IMG/VR virus record: IMGVR_UViG_3300048854_000081
Coordinates: 32,001 to 96,000 of that record
Origin: a virus
Lineage: Duplodnaviria; Caudoviricetes
Length of the DNA: 64,000 bases
Reading direction: 5' to 3' (one strand)
Position numbers and translations under genes: made by a program
Part shown: piece after piece, positions 9,886-18,423 of the stretch
How the letters are laid out: every line of letters begins with the position of its first letter
Position numbering within the stretch: the stretch's first letter is position 1
Notes under the pieces: generated by a model
Told to the model about the DNA's origin: nothing
Databases searched by the model: none
What the model saw: only the letters and a program-made list of their open reading frames with translations

Positions 9886-10287
9886 TCAAAGGCCAGCGAA
9901 ATAGCTTGTATAGGGAACGTACCCGACATGTTCAAATCCTTCGCGTTGAAAGATTTTGGTATCGGAGTGTCCAGCTATCTGATTATACTTGTCCTTCCCA
10001 TACTTTGCAAGTTGGGTTCCTATACGTTGGCCTCTAGCTTTGGTTCTGGTATAGAGGTGTTGGATGGGGACGGGTCGTTGTTTGAATTTCATAATGAGTG
10101 CCCACCCTAGGATGGTATCATCATCTTCGATATAGGCGACCTCAGCATACTCCACGGAGGGATTGCCTTTGCGACATGCTGCGATGGCGTCTTGCATCTC
10201 TCCACGTTTACGGTAATTTAACCCATGGAGTTTCGAATAGATTGAGCTTGGTAGTTCCTGAACGGAACATGAACGAAGTTGCTGCAT
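9886..10287 (-). CDS. GNAT-family acetyltransferase
   Basis: ILGWALI...LYTRTKARGQRIGTQL, acetyl-CoA motif A pattern. Confidence 0.7.
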   Translation of the reverse strand: MQQLRSCSVQELPSSIYSKLHGLNYRKRGEMQDAIAACRKGNPSVEYAEVAYIEDDDTILGWALIMKFKQRPVPIQHLYTRTKARGQRIGTQLAKYGKDKYNQIAGHSDTKIFQREGFEHVGYVPYTSYFAGL

Positions 10288-10482
10288 AAAACCTCAAAGT
10301 ATTGCATATGGTTTCAAAACTGTCAAGTGCTTCACTGATACCTATTCAGGTTCCATTTAGAAACCGAGTTCCTTACGGCTCATAGGCCGAAGGGATGAAA
10401 TCCCTTAATCTAACGTTAAGGTTGGACCAGATGGGCCATCATGACATTATTTGATGACTGCTGGGTAAACGGTTCTGTTTTA

Positions 10483-10535
10483 TTAAGCTACCGTTCAGGT
10501 TAGGTCTGGTAAAATAGGGTGGAGGATGGAGAAGC
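10483..10535 (+). promoter_or_regulatory. TTCAG-box/TAAAAT/GGATGG element, copy A
   Basis: ttaag-N6-ttcag-N11-taaaat-agggtggaggatggagaagc. Confidence 0.7.
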
Positions 10536-10647
10536 TGGTAGGTAATCTCTCTGTTGCAATGTATTTCAATCTGTTGTACTTTGCATTGCAAAGATTCGCT
10601 ATAGCGAATATACTGTTAGTAACTGGACTTTCTATAGGAGACATGAC

Positions 10648-10860
10648 ATGGCTACTCCTTCACCTGATGACTTACATATCGCTGCACAATGGCTTGACAT
10701 CTATGAGGGTGCTGAAGATGCTGAAGATGCTGAGGCGTGTAAGCGTGTCGCCAAGTGGTTGATAGAGCAATCGAAGGCTGCTGAGTTGAGGCAGATATGT
10801 CGTGATGCTGGTGTCTCTGTAGCGCATGCTAAGAGAGTCATGAAACAGAAGGGTCTATAA
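10648..10860 (+). CDS. Hypothetical protein
   Basis: AGGAG RBS; first gene of rightward region. Confidence 0.7.
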   Translation: MATPSPDDLHIAAQWLDIYEGAEDAEDAEACKRVAKWLIEQSKAAELRQICRDAGVSVAHAKRVMKQKGL

Positions 10861-11054
10861 TGGACTTCCATGAGCGCAAGGCGGAACGGAAGCTTCATTA
10901 TGAAACCTATATCAAGGGATGGAAGCTGAAGGATTGTGTTGCATGTAATGGCTCAGGTCGGTATGATATTGGAAGATCACCTAAGTGTGGATCATGTGGT
11001 GGAACAGGTAAGGTGAAATATAAACCTTATCCATTAACAAACCTTTCAGCTTAG
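10860..11054 (+). CDS. Small DnaJ-type zinc-finger protein
   Basis: CVACNGSG and CGSCGGTG (CxxCxGxG x2). Confidence 0.75.
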   Translation: MDFHERKAERKLHYETYIKGWKLKDCVACNGSGRYDIGRSPKCGSCGGTGKVKYKPYPLTNLSA

Positions 11055-11073
11055 TTACGTATAATAGGTAACC

Positions 11074-11625
11074 ATGAACACAGACATTCAGACGCGTATC
11101 CGTAGCGACCTTGAAGCATGTATGATCAAGGCTCGTCGTATCTTCCCCGAGACGGTTAACATGTTCACGGGTGAAGTCCGTATGATCCGTAGTTCCCGTA
11201 CGTTGGGGACATGTAACAATGACTTCCTGAGTCGAATGAACTTCAAGTTCAATATCGATTTTGCTGAGCAGGACTATGACACCCTGCTTAATGACACGAT
11301 CCCTCATGAAGTAGCCCATGCTGTTGTGTTCCAGCTTCAGCGTCTTGGTAAGCTTCCCCGTAATATCCGCGTGCATGGTAAGGAATGGCGTAGGGTGGCT
11401 ACCATCCTTGGCTGTCGTCCACGTGCCACGACGAATACGTGTGCAGTCCTGAAGGTAAAGAAGACCATCCGTCGCTTTGAGTATCGTATGGGTGATGGTA
11501 ATATCATGATGTTGAGTGCTACGGTGCATAACCGGATTCAGAGTGGTTGGCATTCGTATCACTGTAAGACAACCAAACAGCCCTTGCGTCGGGACTCATT
11601 CACTGGTAACATTCAAGTTCGATAA
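11074..11625 (+). CDS. SprT-like zinc metalloprotease
   Basis: DTIPHEVAH (HExxH) and HGKEW motif. Confidence 0.85.
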   Translation: MNTDIQTRIRSDLEACMIKARRIFPETVNMFTGEVRMIRSSRTLGTCNNDFLSRMNFKFNIDFAEQDYDTLLNDTIPHEVAHAVVFQLQRLGKLPRNIRVHGKEWRRVATILGCRPRATTNTCAVLKVKKTIRRFEYRMGDGNIMMLSATVHNRIQSGWHSYHCKTTKQPLRRDSFTGNIQVR

Positions 11626-11842
11626 GGGGGATACAATGTGTCAACCGAATAATGAAATCGATGGCTTCGTGATGTTCTTTGTCTGTGCCATTTTCTTCTG
11701 TGGTGCGATCTTCTGCTACCTTGAACTGAATACCGGTAAGCCTGCCCCCTACAATGTGCGTCGCTGCTGGACTGGCGCTGGCCTATTCTGCATTGGTGTC
11801 CCCGTCGTCAAGATGCTCATCTTCCTCTTCTAAGGATTCCTC

Positions 11843-12295
11843 ATGGCCGATACAAGCAAAGATGTCACTCTCAAGAACTTCCTCGCTGGTCGAGTGAGCA
11901 AGCAAGCTGTGGCTGACTTCATTGTCGCCCGCATGAAGGAACAGCGTCGTGGTTCTGCTAAGTTCTATGACGAAGAAGGCTATCGTGATGAAGTGGAAAT
12001 GTGTCTGTACCGTGGACCTGAGGGTGCGAAGTGTGCTGTTGGTCATCTGATCCCTGATCGCCAGTATCGTAAGGGTATGGATGCTGATTCGGGTCTGCCT
12101 GTCGAACAACTGATGTTGGAGTATTTTCCTGCCTATTCGGAAGATACCGACAAGCTATATTTTCTTAAACATTTACAGATGGCACATGATGGTGCTGCCA
12201 GTGAGTTCGATGATGAATTCGTAGATGAATTCATTCGTCGTGTAACTTCGGTTTACCATAACCATAAGCTTGACATGACGACTCTTAGCAAGTAA
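11843..12295 (+). CDS. Paralog family A protein
   Basis: CLYRGPEGAKCAVGHLIPDRQY...FLKHLQMAHD. Confidence 0.85.
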   Translation: MADTSKDVTLKNFLAGRVSKQAVADFIVARMKEQRRGSAKFYDEEGYRDEVEMCLYRGPEGAKCAVGHLIPDRQYRKGMDADSGLPVEQLMLEYFPAYSEDTDKLYFLKHLQMAHDGAASEFDDEFVDEFIRRVTSVYHNHKLDMTTLSK

Positions 12296-12326
12296 TATTC
12301 ACCTACTCACTCACGGAATATAACTC

Positions 12327-12791
12327 ATGACCGACGTAACCATTCGTAATTTCATGTCTAGCTTGGTGACGAAGCAAGAAGTCTTCGATTTCGTGTGCAC
12401 CAGCTTGATCAATCAGGGTCGTGGTTCGTATGATCCCGAGTTTGGTGATGTGGGCATGTGTCTGTATCGTCATCCGGATGGTGCGAAGTGTGCGGTGGGT
12501 CATATGATCGCCGATGAAGAATACGTCCCGAGAATGGATGGTGTTGGTTGTGGTTCTAATCCTGAAGTCGGAGCCACTGGCGTAATGGAATTGATCCCGA
12601 ACTACTTCCCTGCACTGGTCGGGTCTGCGAGTTATGAGACGGATGTCTACTTTCTTAGGCAGTTGCAGGGTGCTCATGATGACGCTGCGATTCGTAACTT
12701 CAGTCATGACGGATTTGTCGAGGCGTTCAAAAAGAATGTTAAATCGGTTGGTAACACATATGACCTTGACACATCGGTGTTGGGCCTGTAA
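12327..12791 (+). CDS. Paralog family A protein
   Basis: CLYRHPDGAKCAVGHMIADEEY...FLRQLQGAHD. Confidence 0.85.
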   Translation: MTDVTIRNFMSSLVTKQEVFDFVCTSLINQGRGSYDPEFGDVGMCLYRHPDGAKCAVGHMIADEEYVPRMDGVGCGSNPEVGATGVMELIPNYFPALVGSASYETDVYFLRQLQGAHDDAAIRNFSHDGFVEAFKKNVKSVGNTYDLDTSVLGL

Positions 12792-12807
12792 TATAATCTA
12801 ACAATGT

Positions 12808-12894
12808 GGCACTATGGCGGAATTGGTAGACGCAGCAGACTTAAAATCTGCCGGGATTACTCTCGTCCGGGTTCGATTCCCGGTGGTGCTACCA
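12808..12894 (+). tRNA. tRNA-Leu(UAA)
   Basis: GGCACTA/TGGTGCT acceptor, gcaga-cttaaaa-tctgc anticodon arm, long variable arm, GGTTCGATTCC, CCA. Confidence 0.92.
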
Positions 12895-12927
12895 CACATT
12901 GACAGATTTGCTAAATAAACATATCAT

Positions 12928-13004
12928 CCGCCTATGGTCCAACTGGATAGGGCAACGACCTTCTAAGTCGTACGGTGGGGGTTCGAATCCCTCTAGGCGG
13001 ACCA
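12928..13004 (+). tRNA. tRNA-Arg(UCU)
   Basis: CCGCCTA/TAGGCGG acceptor, acgac-cttctaa-gtcgt, GGTTCGAATCC, CCA. Confidence 0.92.
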
Positions 13005-13009
13005 ATTTT

Positions 13010-13098
13010 GGGTAGGTAGCTTAAGTGAGCGAGTCTCACAGGTAAAGCAGCGGAGTCATGACCGTCAATGTGGGTTCGAATCCCATCCCTGCCCGCCA
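13010..13098 (+). tRNA. Atypical tRNA-like gene (CAU in irregular anticodon loop; hairpin inserted in D-loop)
   Basis: GGGTAGG/CCTGCCC acceptor, GGTTCGAATCC, GCCA end; gtgag-cgagt-ctcac inside D-loop. Confidence 0.65.
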
Positions 13099-13105
13099 CT
13101 ATTCT

Positions 13106-13182
13106 AACTCCATCGCCAAGTCCGGTTAAGGCACAGGATTTTGATTCCTGCATCGTAGGTTCGAATCCTACTGGGGTTGCCA
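13106..13182 (+). tRNA. tRNA-Gln(UUG)
   Basis: cagga-ttttgat-tcctg anticodon arm, gtagg-ttcgaat-cctac, GCCA. Confidence 0.9.
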
Positions 13183-13187
13183 CCTTC

Positions 13188-13211
13188 AAACCTCCCATTG
13201 GGAGGTTTTTT
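13188..13211 (+). terminator. Intrinsic terminator after tRNA cluster
   Basis: aaacctccc-att-gggaggtttttt. Confidence 0.85.
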
Positions 13212-13266
13212 ATTGCTTGACGTTTTCCCATGAATGATTTATATTGAAATCAAAGGAGACCTTATC

Positions 13267-13512
13267 ATGTCTGATATCATCACCAAATACAAAGTCACTG
13301 TCATTGAGTCTGAGCGTGGTTGGGGTCAGTCTTACGAAACTGAATACTACCTCACTGAAGCTGATGCTCATAATCGGGTGAAGTCTATCAATGATAAGAA
13401 TACTGCTACTCATGCTCCTGACTTCTATGTCAAGGCAATTTATGATGGCAAGATCGAAGGTGTGATGCAACTGGACCTCAACGGGATTCCAAAGTTTAGA
13501 GAACTAAAGTAA
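13267..13512 (+). CDS. Hypothetical phage protein
   Basis: AAGGAG RBS; YKVTVIESERGWGQ. Confidence 0.75.
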   Translation: MSDIITKYKVTVIESERGWGQSYETEYYLTEADAHNRVKSINDKNTATHAPDFYVKAIYDGKIEGVMQLDLNGIPKFRELK

Positions 13513-13757
13513 TGTATAGAGAGTTACCTCCCTTGAAAGAAAGGGATAAGACATTCATCGATGGTATGGTAAATGATTACGTTGAGCTAATCTGTATTCA
13601 AGTAGCATCCTATAAGTTACTGTATGATGCTGAAATGGCTCCACCTACCCAAGAAACAGCAAAGACTATCGATCAGTGTTACATTGCACTGAACAATACT
13701 GAGGAAGGACTCAAGATGGTCAGGACGTTACTTAAGACAACCAAAATTGCGTATTGA
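13512..13757 (+). CDS. Hypothetical protein
   Basis: TAATG overlap with upstream gene. Confidence 0.65.
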   Translation: MYRELPPLKERDKTFIDGMVNDYVELICIQVASYKLLYDAEMAPPTQETAKTIDQCYIALNNTEEGLKMVRTLLKTTKIAY

Positions 13758-13809
13758 CATATACGTTACAGGTTGTATAATGTAATTCCCGTCGCCGCTA
13801 AGGCTTACC

Positions 13810-14445
13810 ATGCTGACTTCCATCTGTCGTTTCATGGCTTTCCTTTCAGTCACAGGTTTCTGCATGTTGATGAGTGCAGCCATCTGGTTCGGTTTCATTG
13901 TCAATGGTCGCCACCACGTTCCTCTCTCCCTTCCCAATGCATCGGCTTCCCTCCTGCGTCATGATGGGATCGATAGCATGGAACTGGACTGTATGGCACG
14001 TAACGTATTCTTTGAGGCTCGTGGTGAATCTGCCAAGGGTAAGCTAATGGTAGCTTCGGTAGTGATCCAGCGGACGCTATCGCCTCACTATCCCGGTACA
14101 GTCTGTGGTGTGGTTACACAGGCTAATACAGATGACTTCGGCCGTATCATCAAGAATGAATGCTCATTCTCATGGATGTGTGATGGTCAGAATCATGACA
14201 TCGATTTATCTAACGAAACCATCCGACGTGAATGGATGGAATCCTATACGATTTCTAAACTGGTCATGATGGGTAAGCTAAAGCCAACCATTGACATGGA
14301 AGGTGTAACGCATTACCATGCTGACTACGTTAAGCCGTACTGGGCAAAGAGTAAGAATTACAAGGTGGTAGCCAAGGTAGGGGAACACATCTTCTATCGC
14401 TGGTCTAAGGCCACCCTTCCGAAACTCACCATCGCCTCTATCTAA
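13810..14445 (+). CDS. Cell wall hydrolase, SleB/Hydrolase_2 family, N-terminal TM anchor
   Basis: CMARNVFFEARGES...CSFSWMCDG...THYHADYVKPYW...VGEHIFY. Confidence 0.9.
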   Translation: MLTSICRFMAFLSVTGFCMLMSAAIWFGFIVNGRHHVPLSLPNASASLLRHDGIDSMELDCMARNVFFEARGESAKGKLMVASVVIQRTLSPHYPGTVCGVVTQANTDDFGRIIKNECSFSWMCDGQNHDIDLSNETIRREWMESYTISKLVMMGKLKPTIDMEGVTHYHADYVKPYWAKSKNYKVVAKVGEHIFYRWSKATLPKLTIASI

Positions 14446-14454
14446 GGAAACGAC

Positions 14455-14772
14455 ATGCATTCCATTATCCAGCAGATGATCAACCTCGGTGAAAGCGCGG
14501 AATCCACGACCGAACGTCTCGCCATCTACAGCCGTGGTGATTCTTACGAAGACCTGTCGAATCTCTTCGCACATATCGAAAACAAGACCCGTGATGGTAA
14601 TGTGGTCCCCAATGGCTTCAGCTATCATATTGCTCAGCCCCGTTGCTGGGCAATCGAAGGCTCCCCTGCCAACATCCTTGAAGTCGCTGCGAGTCATGGG
14701 CTGACGGGTGGTGTGATCGTCAAGGAATCGAAGACCTACGTCATCTGGCCGGACATCCATTACGTTCGGTAA
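14455..14772 (+). CDS. Hypothetical protein, tandem paralog of 14832
   Basis: SYEDLSNLF...CWAI...EVAASHG...VIWPDI shared. Confidence 0.8.
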   Translation: MHSIIQQMINLGESAESTTERLAIYSRGDSYEDLSNLFAHIENKTRDGNVVPNGFSYHIAQPRCWAIEGSPANILEVAASHGLTGGVIVKESKTYVIWPDIHYVR

Positions 14773-14831
14773 TTGACAGGCGAGTTGTAATACGTTATAC
14801 TCTCTTCATCAAATCACTCAAAGGAAATGTC

Positions 14832-15158
14832 ATGCACGCTCTGATCGCCGATATGATTGATGTGTTCGAAAACAATGATTTCGATAACGTCGATGCTCTG
14901 CGTAAATTCAGCAAAGCGGAATCGTATGATGACCTGTCTACTCTGTTCATGAGCATTGCCGATAATTCGGATGCGGAACTGTATGATGGTGGTTACTCCG
15001 GTCGTAGCATGTACGGCGATGAGTGCTGGGCTATCCGCTGCGACGATATCGTTAAGGTAATCGAAGTCGCTGCGATGCATGGTGTGACCAAAGCCAAGTG
15101 GGATTCGCTTGGTATGAGTTTCGTCGTGTACTGGCCGCACATTACTTACATCGTTTGA
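14832..15158 (+). CDS. Hypothetical protein, tandem paralog of 14455
   Basis: SYDDLSTLF...YSGRSMYGDECWAI...EVAAMHG...VYWPHI. Confidence 0.8.
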   Translation: MHALIADMIDVFENNDFDNVDALRKFSKAESYDDLSTLFMSIADNSDAELYDGGYSGRSMYGDECWAIRCDDIVKVIEVAAMHGVTKAKWDSLGMSFVVYWPHITYIV

Positions 15159-15221
15159 CAAATCCGAAATAATCTATATAATTCACTTCTCTTTCACCTC
15201 ACATCAAATAGGATCATACAA

Positions 15222-15602
15222 ATGACCATCAAGCTTGCCCACTTTCCCGATGCCCAGCTTCCGCATACCATTGCTTACAAGATCAATGAGAATATGACGG
15301 TAACCGCCGCATTCGCTCAGGTGGGTGAAGGTGATAAGTATGATCGTGCCATGGGTCGTACGCTGGCTCGTGGTCGCCTGCTCAAGGGTGGTGTGGGTGC
15401 TAATGGTACTCAGCGCACGGTTACGTACAATTTCGAAGACATCGGTGAAATCAATCATCGTGCCATTACCTCGTTCCTCAGCGAAACGCATTTCCCCGTG
15501 TTCAAGGGTCTCACCCGGACACAGGCATATGCTCTGCTTCGCGGTAAGCTCAAGCTTGACCCGGATGGTAACCCCATCGTGAAGCTTGACAAGGTTTACT
15601 AA
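15222..15602 (+). CDS. Hypothetical protein
   Basis: Own TTGACA/TATAAT promoter and RBS; 126 aa. Confidence 0.75.
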   Translation: MTIKLAHFPDAQLPHTIAYKINENMTVTAAFAQVGEGDKYDRAMGRTLARGRLLKGGVGANGTQRTVTYNFEDIGEINHRAITSFLSETHFPVFKGLTRTQAYALLRGKLKLDPDGNPIVKLDKVY

Positions 15603-15627
15603 TCTGATACAATAGTGACACAAGTTT

Positions 15628-15683
15628 TAGGATGCCTACAGCAACCAACCTTTCTTGCATATAGAAACCAACTGCGCATCCTG
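15628..15683 (+). ncRNA. Candidate TROVE-associated stem RNA unit 1
   Basis: taggatgc-ctacagcaac...gcatcctg; ends pair. Confidence 0.65.
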
Positions 15684-15696
15684 TAAGTTTTAGTTT

Positions 15697-15786
15697 TAGA
15701 ATGATTTCTGCAACACTACTTGGATAAAGATGGGGGTCTAAACAACCTGCTATTGAGTGGGTATCGTAATCCCACAAATCATTCTG
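15697..15786 (+). ncRNA. Candidate TROVE-associated stem RNA unit 2
   Basis: tagaatgattt-ctgcaac...aaatcattctg; ends pair. Confidence 0.65.
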
Positions 15787-15829
15787 TTTGACAAACCCAC
15801 TTTAATCTGTATAATAATCGAATCAAGTT

Positions 15830-15886
15830 TGGGATGAGTTCCGCAACTCAAAAATCAATCTGTTAAATTGAAAAAAGATCATCCCG
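15830..15886 (+). ncRNA. Candidate TROVE-associated stem RNA unit 3 (5' leader of the TROVE-like gene)
   Basis: tgggatga-gttccgcaac...tcatcccg; preceded by TTGACA-N16-TATAAT (15788-15815). Confidence 0.65.
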
Positions 15887-15907
15887 TTAATCAAAGGAAA
15901 GTAACCC

Positions 15908-17341
15908 ATGAATCCGCTTCTATCCGGTATGCAGCACGCAACCAACAAGTCGTTCACCGAAAACGGTGCACTGACCAATGCATCGACTCTCGATGCTTGC
16001 CTTGATTTCTTCAATGTTGGTCCGGTCGCAAAGGCCAAGCCATCCGATGCTGTGAAAGCATTCAAGGTTGCATATTCCACGGATCGTGAAGTCGCTCTGC
16101 GTGTCCTTCAGTGGGTACGTGACATTCGTGGTGGTGCTGGCGCACGTCAGGCTTTCCGTGACTGCTTTGCATGGCTGATGGACTATCATGCAAATGATGC
16201 CATTGCTATCCTCAACAAGACTGCTTTGATCGGTCGTTGGGATGACGTGCTTGTCGCGTTGTTCTCTTCCCATGCATCGGTTCAGCAGCACGCAGTCAAG
16301 TTGATTCGTAATGCTCTTAACGAGCAGAACGGTCTCTGTGCGAAGTGGATGCCACGTAAGGGTCCCATTGCTGGCGCTCTGCGTACTCAGCTTTCCCTTT
16401 CACCGAAGGGCTACCGTAAGCTTATCGTCGATCTGTCCAAGACCGTCGAGCAGCAGATGTGTGCACAGGATTGGGAAGAGATTAACTACTCCCACGTTCC
16501 TTCGGTTGCTTTCTCTCGCTACCGTAAGGCATTCAAGCGTAACGATGAAACTCGTTTCGCAGCGTTTGCCGAAGCCGCAGTGAAGGGTGAAGTGAAGGTC
16601 AATGCTTCGGCTGTCTTCCCTCATGATGTTGTGAAGGGTTTGAATTCTTACAATGCCGCCTACATGGGTCAGGTAGAGCGTAACGCTGTCAATGCACAGT
16701 GGAAGTCGCTTCCTAACTACATGCCGGATGGTGATACGGGTATCGTTGTGGCTGACGTGTCCGGTTCGATGGAGTTCCCAGTTTCGGGTCAGACGACCGC
16801 CATGGATGTGTGTATCGCTCTGGCGATGTACATGGGTGAGCGTGCAGCGGGTCCATTCAAGGATGCATTCATTACCTTCAGCACTGATCCACGTTTGCAG
16901 GTTCTTACGGGTGACGACATCGTTGGCCGTTACACTCAGCTTCAGTCGGCACAGTGGAACATGAGCACTGATCTTCAGAAGGTGTTCCATCTGATTTTGA
17001 ATACGGCAGTTTCGAAGTCGATTGCTCAGGCTGACATGCCGAAGTTCGTCACCATCCTGTCGGACATGGAATTCAATTCATGCATCACTGGTGGTACGAA
17101 TCTGGACGCCATTCGTACTCAGTACAAGATGGCTGGCTATGAAATGCCTAAGATTATCTTCTGGAACCTGAGGGGTCGTCTTGGTAACAATGCGGCGACT
17201 GCGACGGACAAGGATGTAGGCTTGATTTCTGGTTACTCTCCGGCTATCCTTAGCTCGGTGTTCAAGTGCGAAGATTTGATGCCAGTCAATCTTATGCTCA
17301 CGGCTGTCATGGTCGAGCGCTACGATCTGGAACTGGTGTAA
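15908..17341 (+). CDS. TROVE/Ro60-like protein with C-terminal vWA domain (DUF2828-type)
   Basis: N-terminal TENGA...LDFF, RDIRGGAG, GRWDD, CAKWMPR; MIDAS DVSGSM; T in WNMSTD; LSDMEF; FWNL. Confidence 0.85.
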   Translation: MNPLLSGMQHATNKSFTENGALTNASTLDACLDFFNVGPVAKAKPSDAVKAFKVAYSTDREVALRVLQWVRDIRGGAGARQAFRDCFAWLMDYHANDAIAILNKTALIGRWDDVLVALFSSHASVQQHAVKLIRNALNEQNGLCAKWMPRKGPIAGALRTQLSLSPKGYRKLIVDLSKTVEQQMCAQDWEEINYSHVPSVAFSRYRKAFKRNDETRFAAFAEAAVKGEVKVNASAVFPHDVVKGLNSYNAAYMGQVERNAVNAQWKSLPNYMPDGDTGIVVADVSGSMEFPVSGQTTAMDVCIALAMYMGERAAGPFKDAFITFSTDPRLQVLTGDDIVGRYTQLQSAQWNMSTDLQKVFHLILNTAVSKSIAQADMPKFVTILSDMEFNSCITGGTNLDAIRTQYKMAGYEMPKIIFWNLRGRLGNNAATATDKDVGLISGYSPAILSSVFKCEDLMPVNLMLTAVMVERYDLELV

Positions 17342-17404
17342 GTAAAAAGCTGAAGGTGAAACGAAACGCTGGCCTCAACTAGTGGTTTCATCTTCAGTCC
17401 GTTT

Positions 17405-17598
17405 TAGAATGTGTACTGCAACCCTTCAAAAATAGCCGATCCATGTAAGCGGAACTCACGGAACAATGTGAGGGAGCCCATGAAAAGAGTCTCCGGTGCT
17501 TGAAATCATCGGATAGTTAAGGTAAGATTCCGGAGGCAATGACCTCCTACCTTCGGGTAAGCGAATCCAGCAGGTTAGAAAAACCTACCCACATTCTG
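17405..17598 (+). ncRNA. Candidate TROVE-associated stem RNA unit 4 (long, multibranched)
   Basis: tagaatgtg-tactgcaac...cacattctg; internal hairpins including tacc-ttcg-ggta. Confidence 0.65.
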
Positions 17599-17660
17599 GT
17601 TTTACAGTTGACAAAGATTAATTAGCAAGTATAATTGATCTGTACTAAATAGATTCACAT

Positions 17661-17737
17661 CGGGGTGTAGCTCAGTCTGGTAGAGCATCTGCTTTGGGAG
17701 CAGAGGGTCGTCGGTTCGAACCCGGCTACCCCGACCA
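17661..17737 (+). tRNA. tRNA-Pro(UGG)
   Basis: CGGGGTGTAGCTCAGTCTGGTAGAGC, tctgc-tttggga-gcaga, CCA. Confidence 0.95.
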
Positions 17738-17748
17738 ATTTTTGTAAG

Positions 17749-17910
17749 TTGTGTTAGTAAAGATTATCCATGGGTACAGTGTACCCACCCCTGATAACTG
17801 TGGGTACTGCCAAAAGCGTACAGAAAACAGGGACCGTCTGGCAGGATGAAACAGAAATACTGTTTACTATAGGTTCGGTATTATCTGGTGGAGTATCTTT
17901 ACTAACACAA
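17749..17910 (+). ncRNA. Candidate ~160-nt structured RNA closed by a perfect 16-bp stem
   Basis: ttgtgttagtaaagat / atctttactaacacaa; internal tgggtac-agt-gtaccca hairpin; no ORF. Confidence 0.55.
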
Positions 17911-17978
17911 TTTTGTTTTAGCTGTAGTCGAAAATGATTGCAGTGGGACTAGGCAAGAAAGCCGTGAGTCTTATTCTT

Positions 17979-18005
17979 AACCCGCCCTCGTGGCGGGTTC
18001 TTTTT
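17979..18005 (+). terminator. Intrinsic terminator
   Basis: aacccgcc-ctcgt-ggcgggtt-cttttt. Confidence 0.85.
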
Positions 18006-18045
18006 GTCTATTGCATTATACTTTTGATGAGGTATAATACGTTTC

Positions 18046-18420
18046 ATGATCAAACTCAAACCCATCATCCGTACTCAGTCCGCCTCGCACATGAGCCTTC
18101 AACAGCTTAAGCGTGCGCAGAAGCATCGATGCTTCTATTGTGGTACTCGTTTCAATTACACAAACGATAGCCGAGTTCATCTGTTTCCCCGTGGATTGGG
18201 ATTTGAAACTACTATTCTGGATGCAGTCTATGCTTGTGTTGGCTGTAAGAGTAAGAAAGCCAACAAGATGCCTCATCCTCGTGAGGTGATCCGATTCCAC
18301 AAGCTGTACTTGGGTCATGTCTATGCTCTAAAAGACAAGACGATCATTGTCACTCGTAACAATAAGCCTCAATTCAAACTGGCTATCACTCCCGAAATCA
18401 TCAGAGACTATTGTAAGTAA
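18046..18420 (+). CDS. HNH-fold protein, degenerate active site
   Basis: QKHRCFYCG...SRVHLFPR...DAVYACVGCKSKK. Confidence 0.75.
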   Translation: MIKLKPIIRTQSASHMSLQQLKRAQKHRCFYCGTRFNYTNDSRVHLFPRGLGFETTILDAVYACVGCKSKKANKMPHPREVIRFHKLYLGHVYALKDKTIIVTRNNKPQFKLAITPEIIRDYCK

Positions 18421-18423
18421 CTC

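Noticed and set aside
12932-13231. 99-aa minus-strand ORF
   Set aside because: It is the antisense reading of three tRNA genes.
15624-15886. Possible mini-CRISPR array (repeat-like GTTTTAG...GCAAC units with unique interiors)
   Set aside because: Repeats are non-identical, spacing is irregular, each 5' motif pairs with a distal covarying 3' strand, and no cas genes are in the window. An RNA-stem family fits better.
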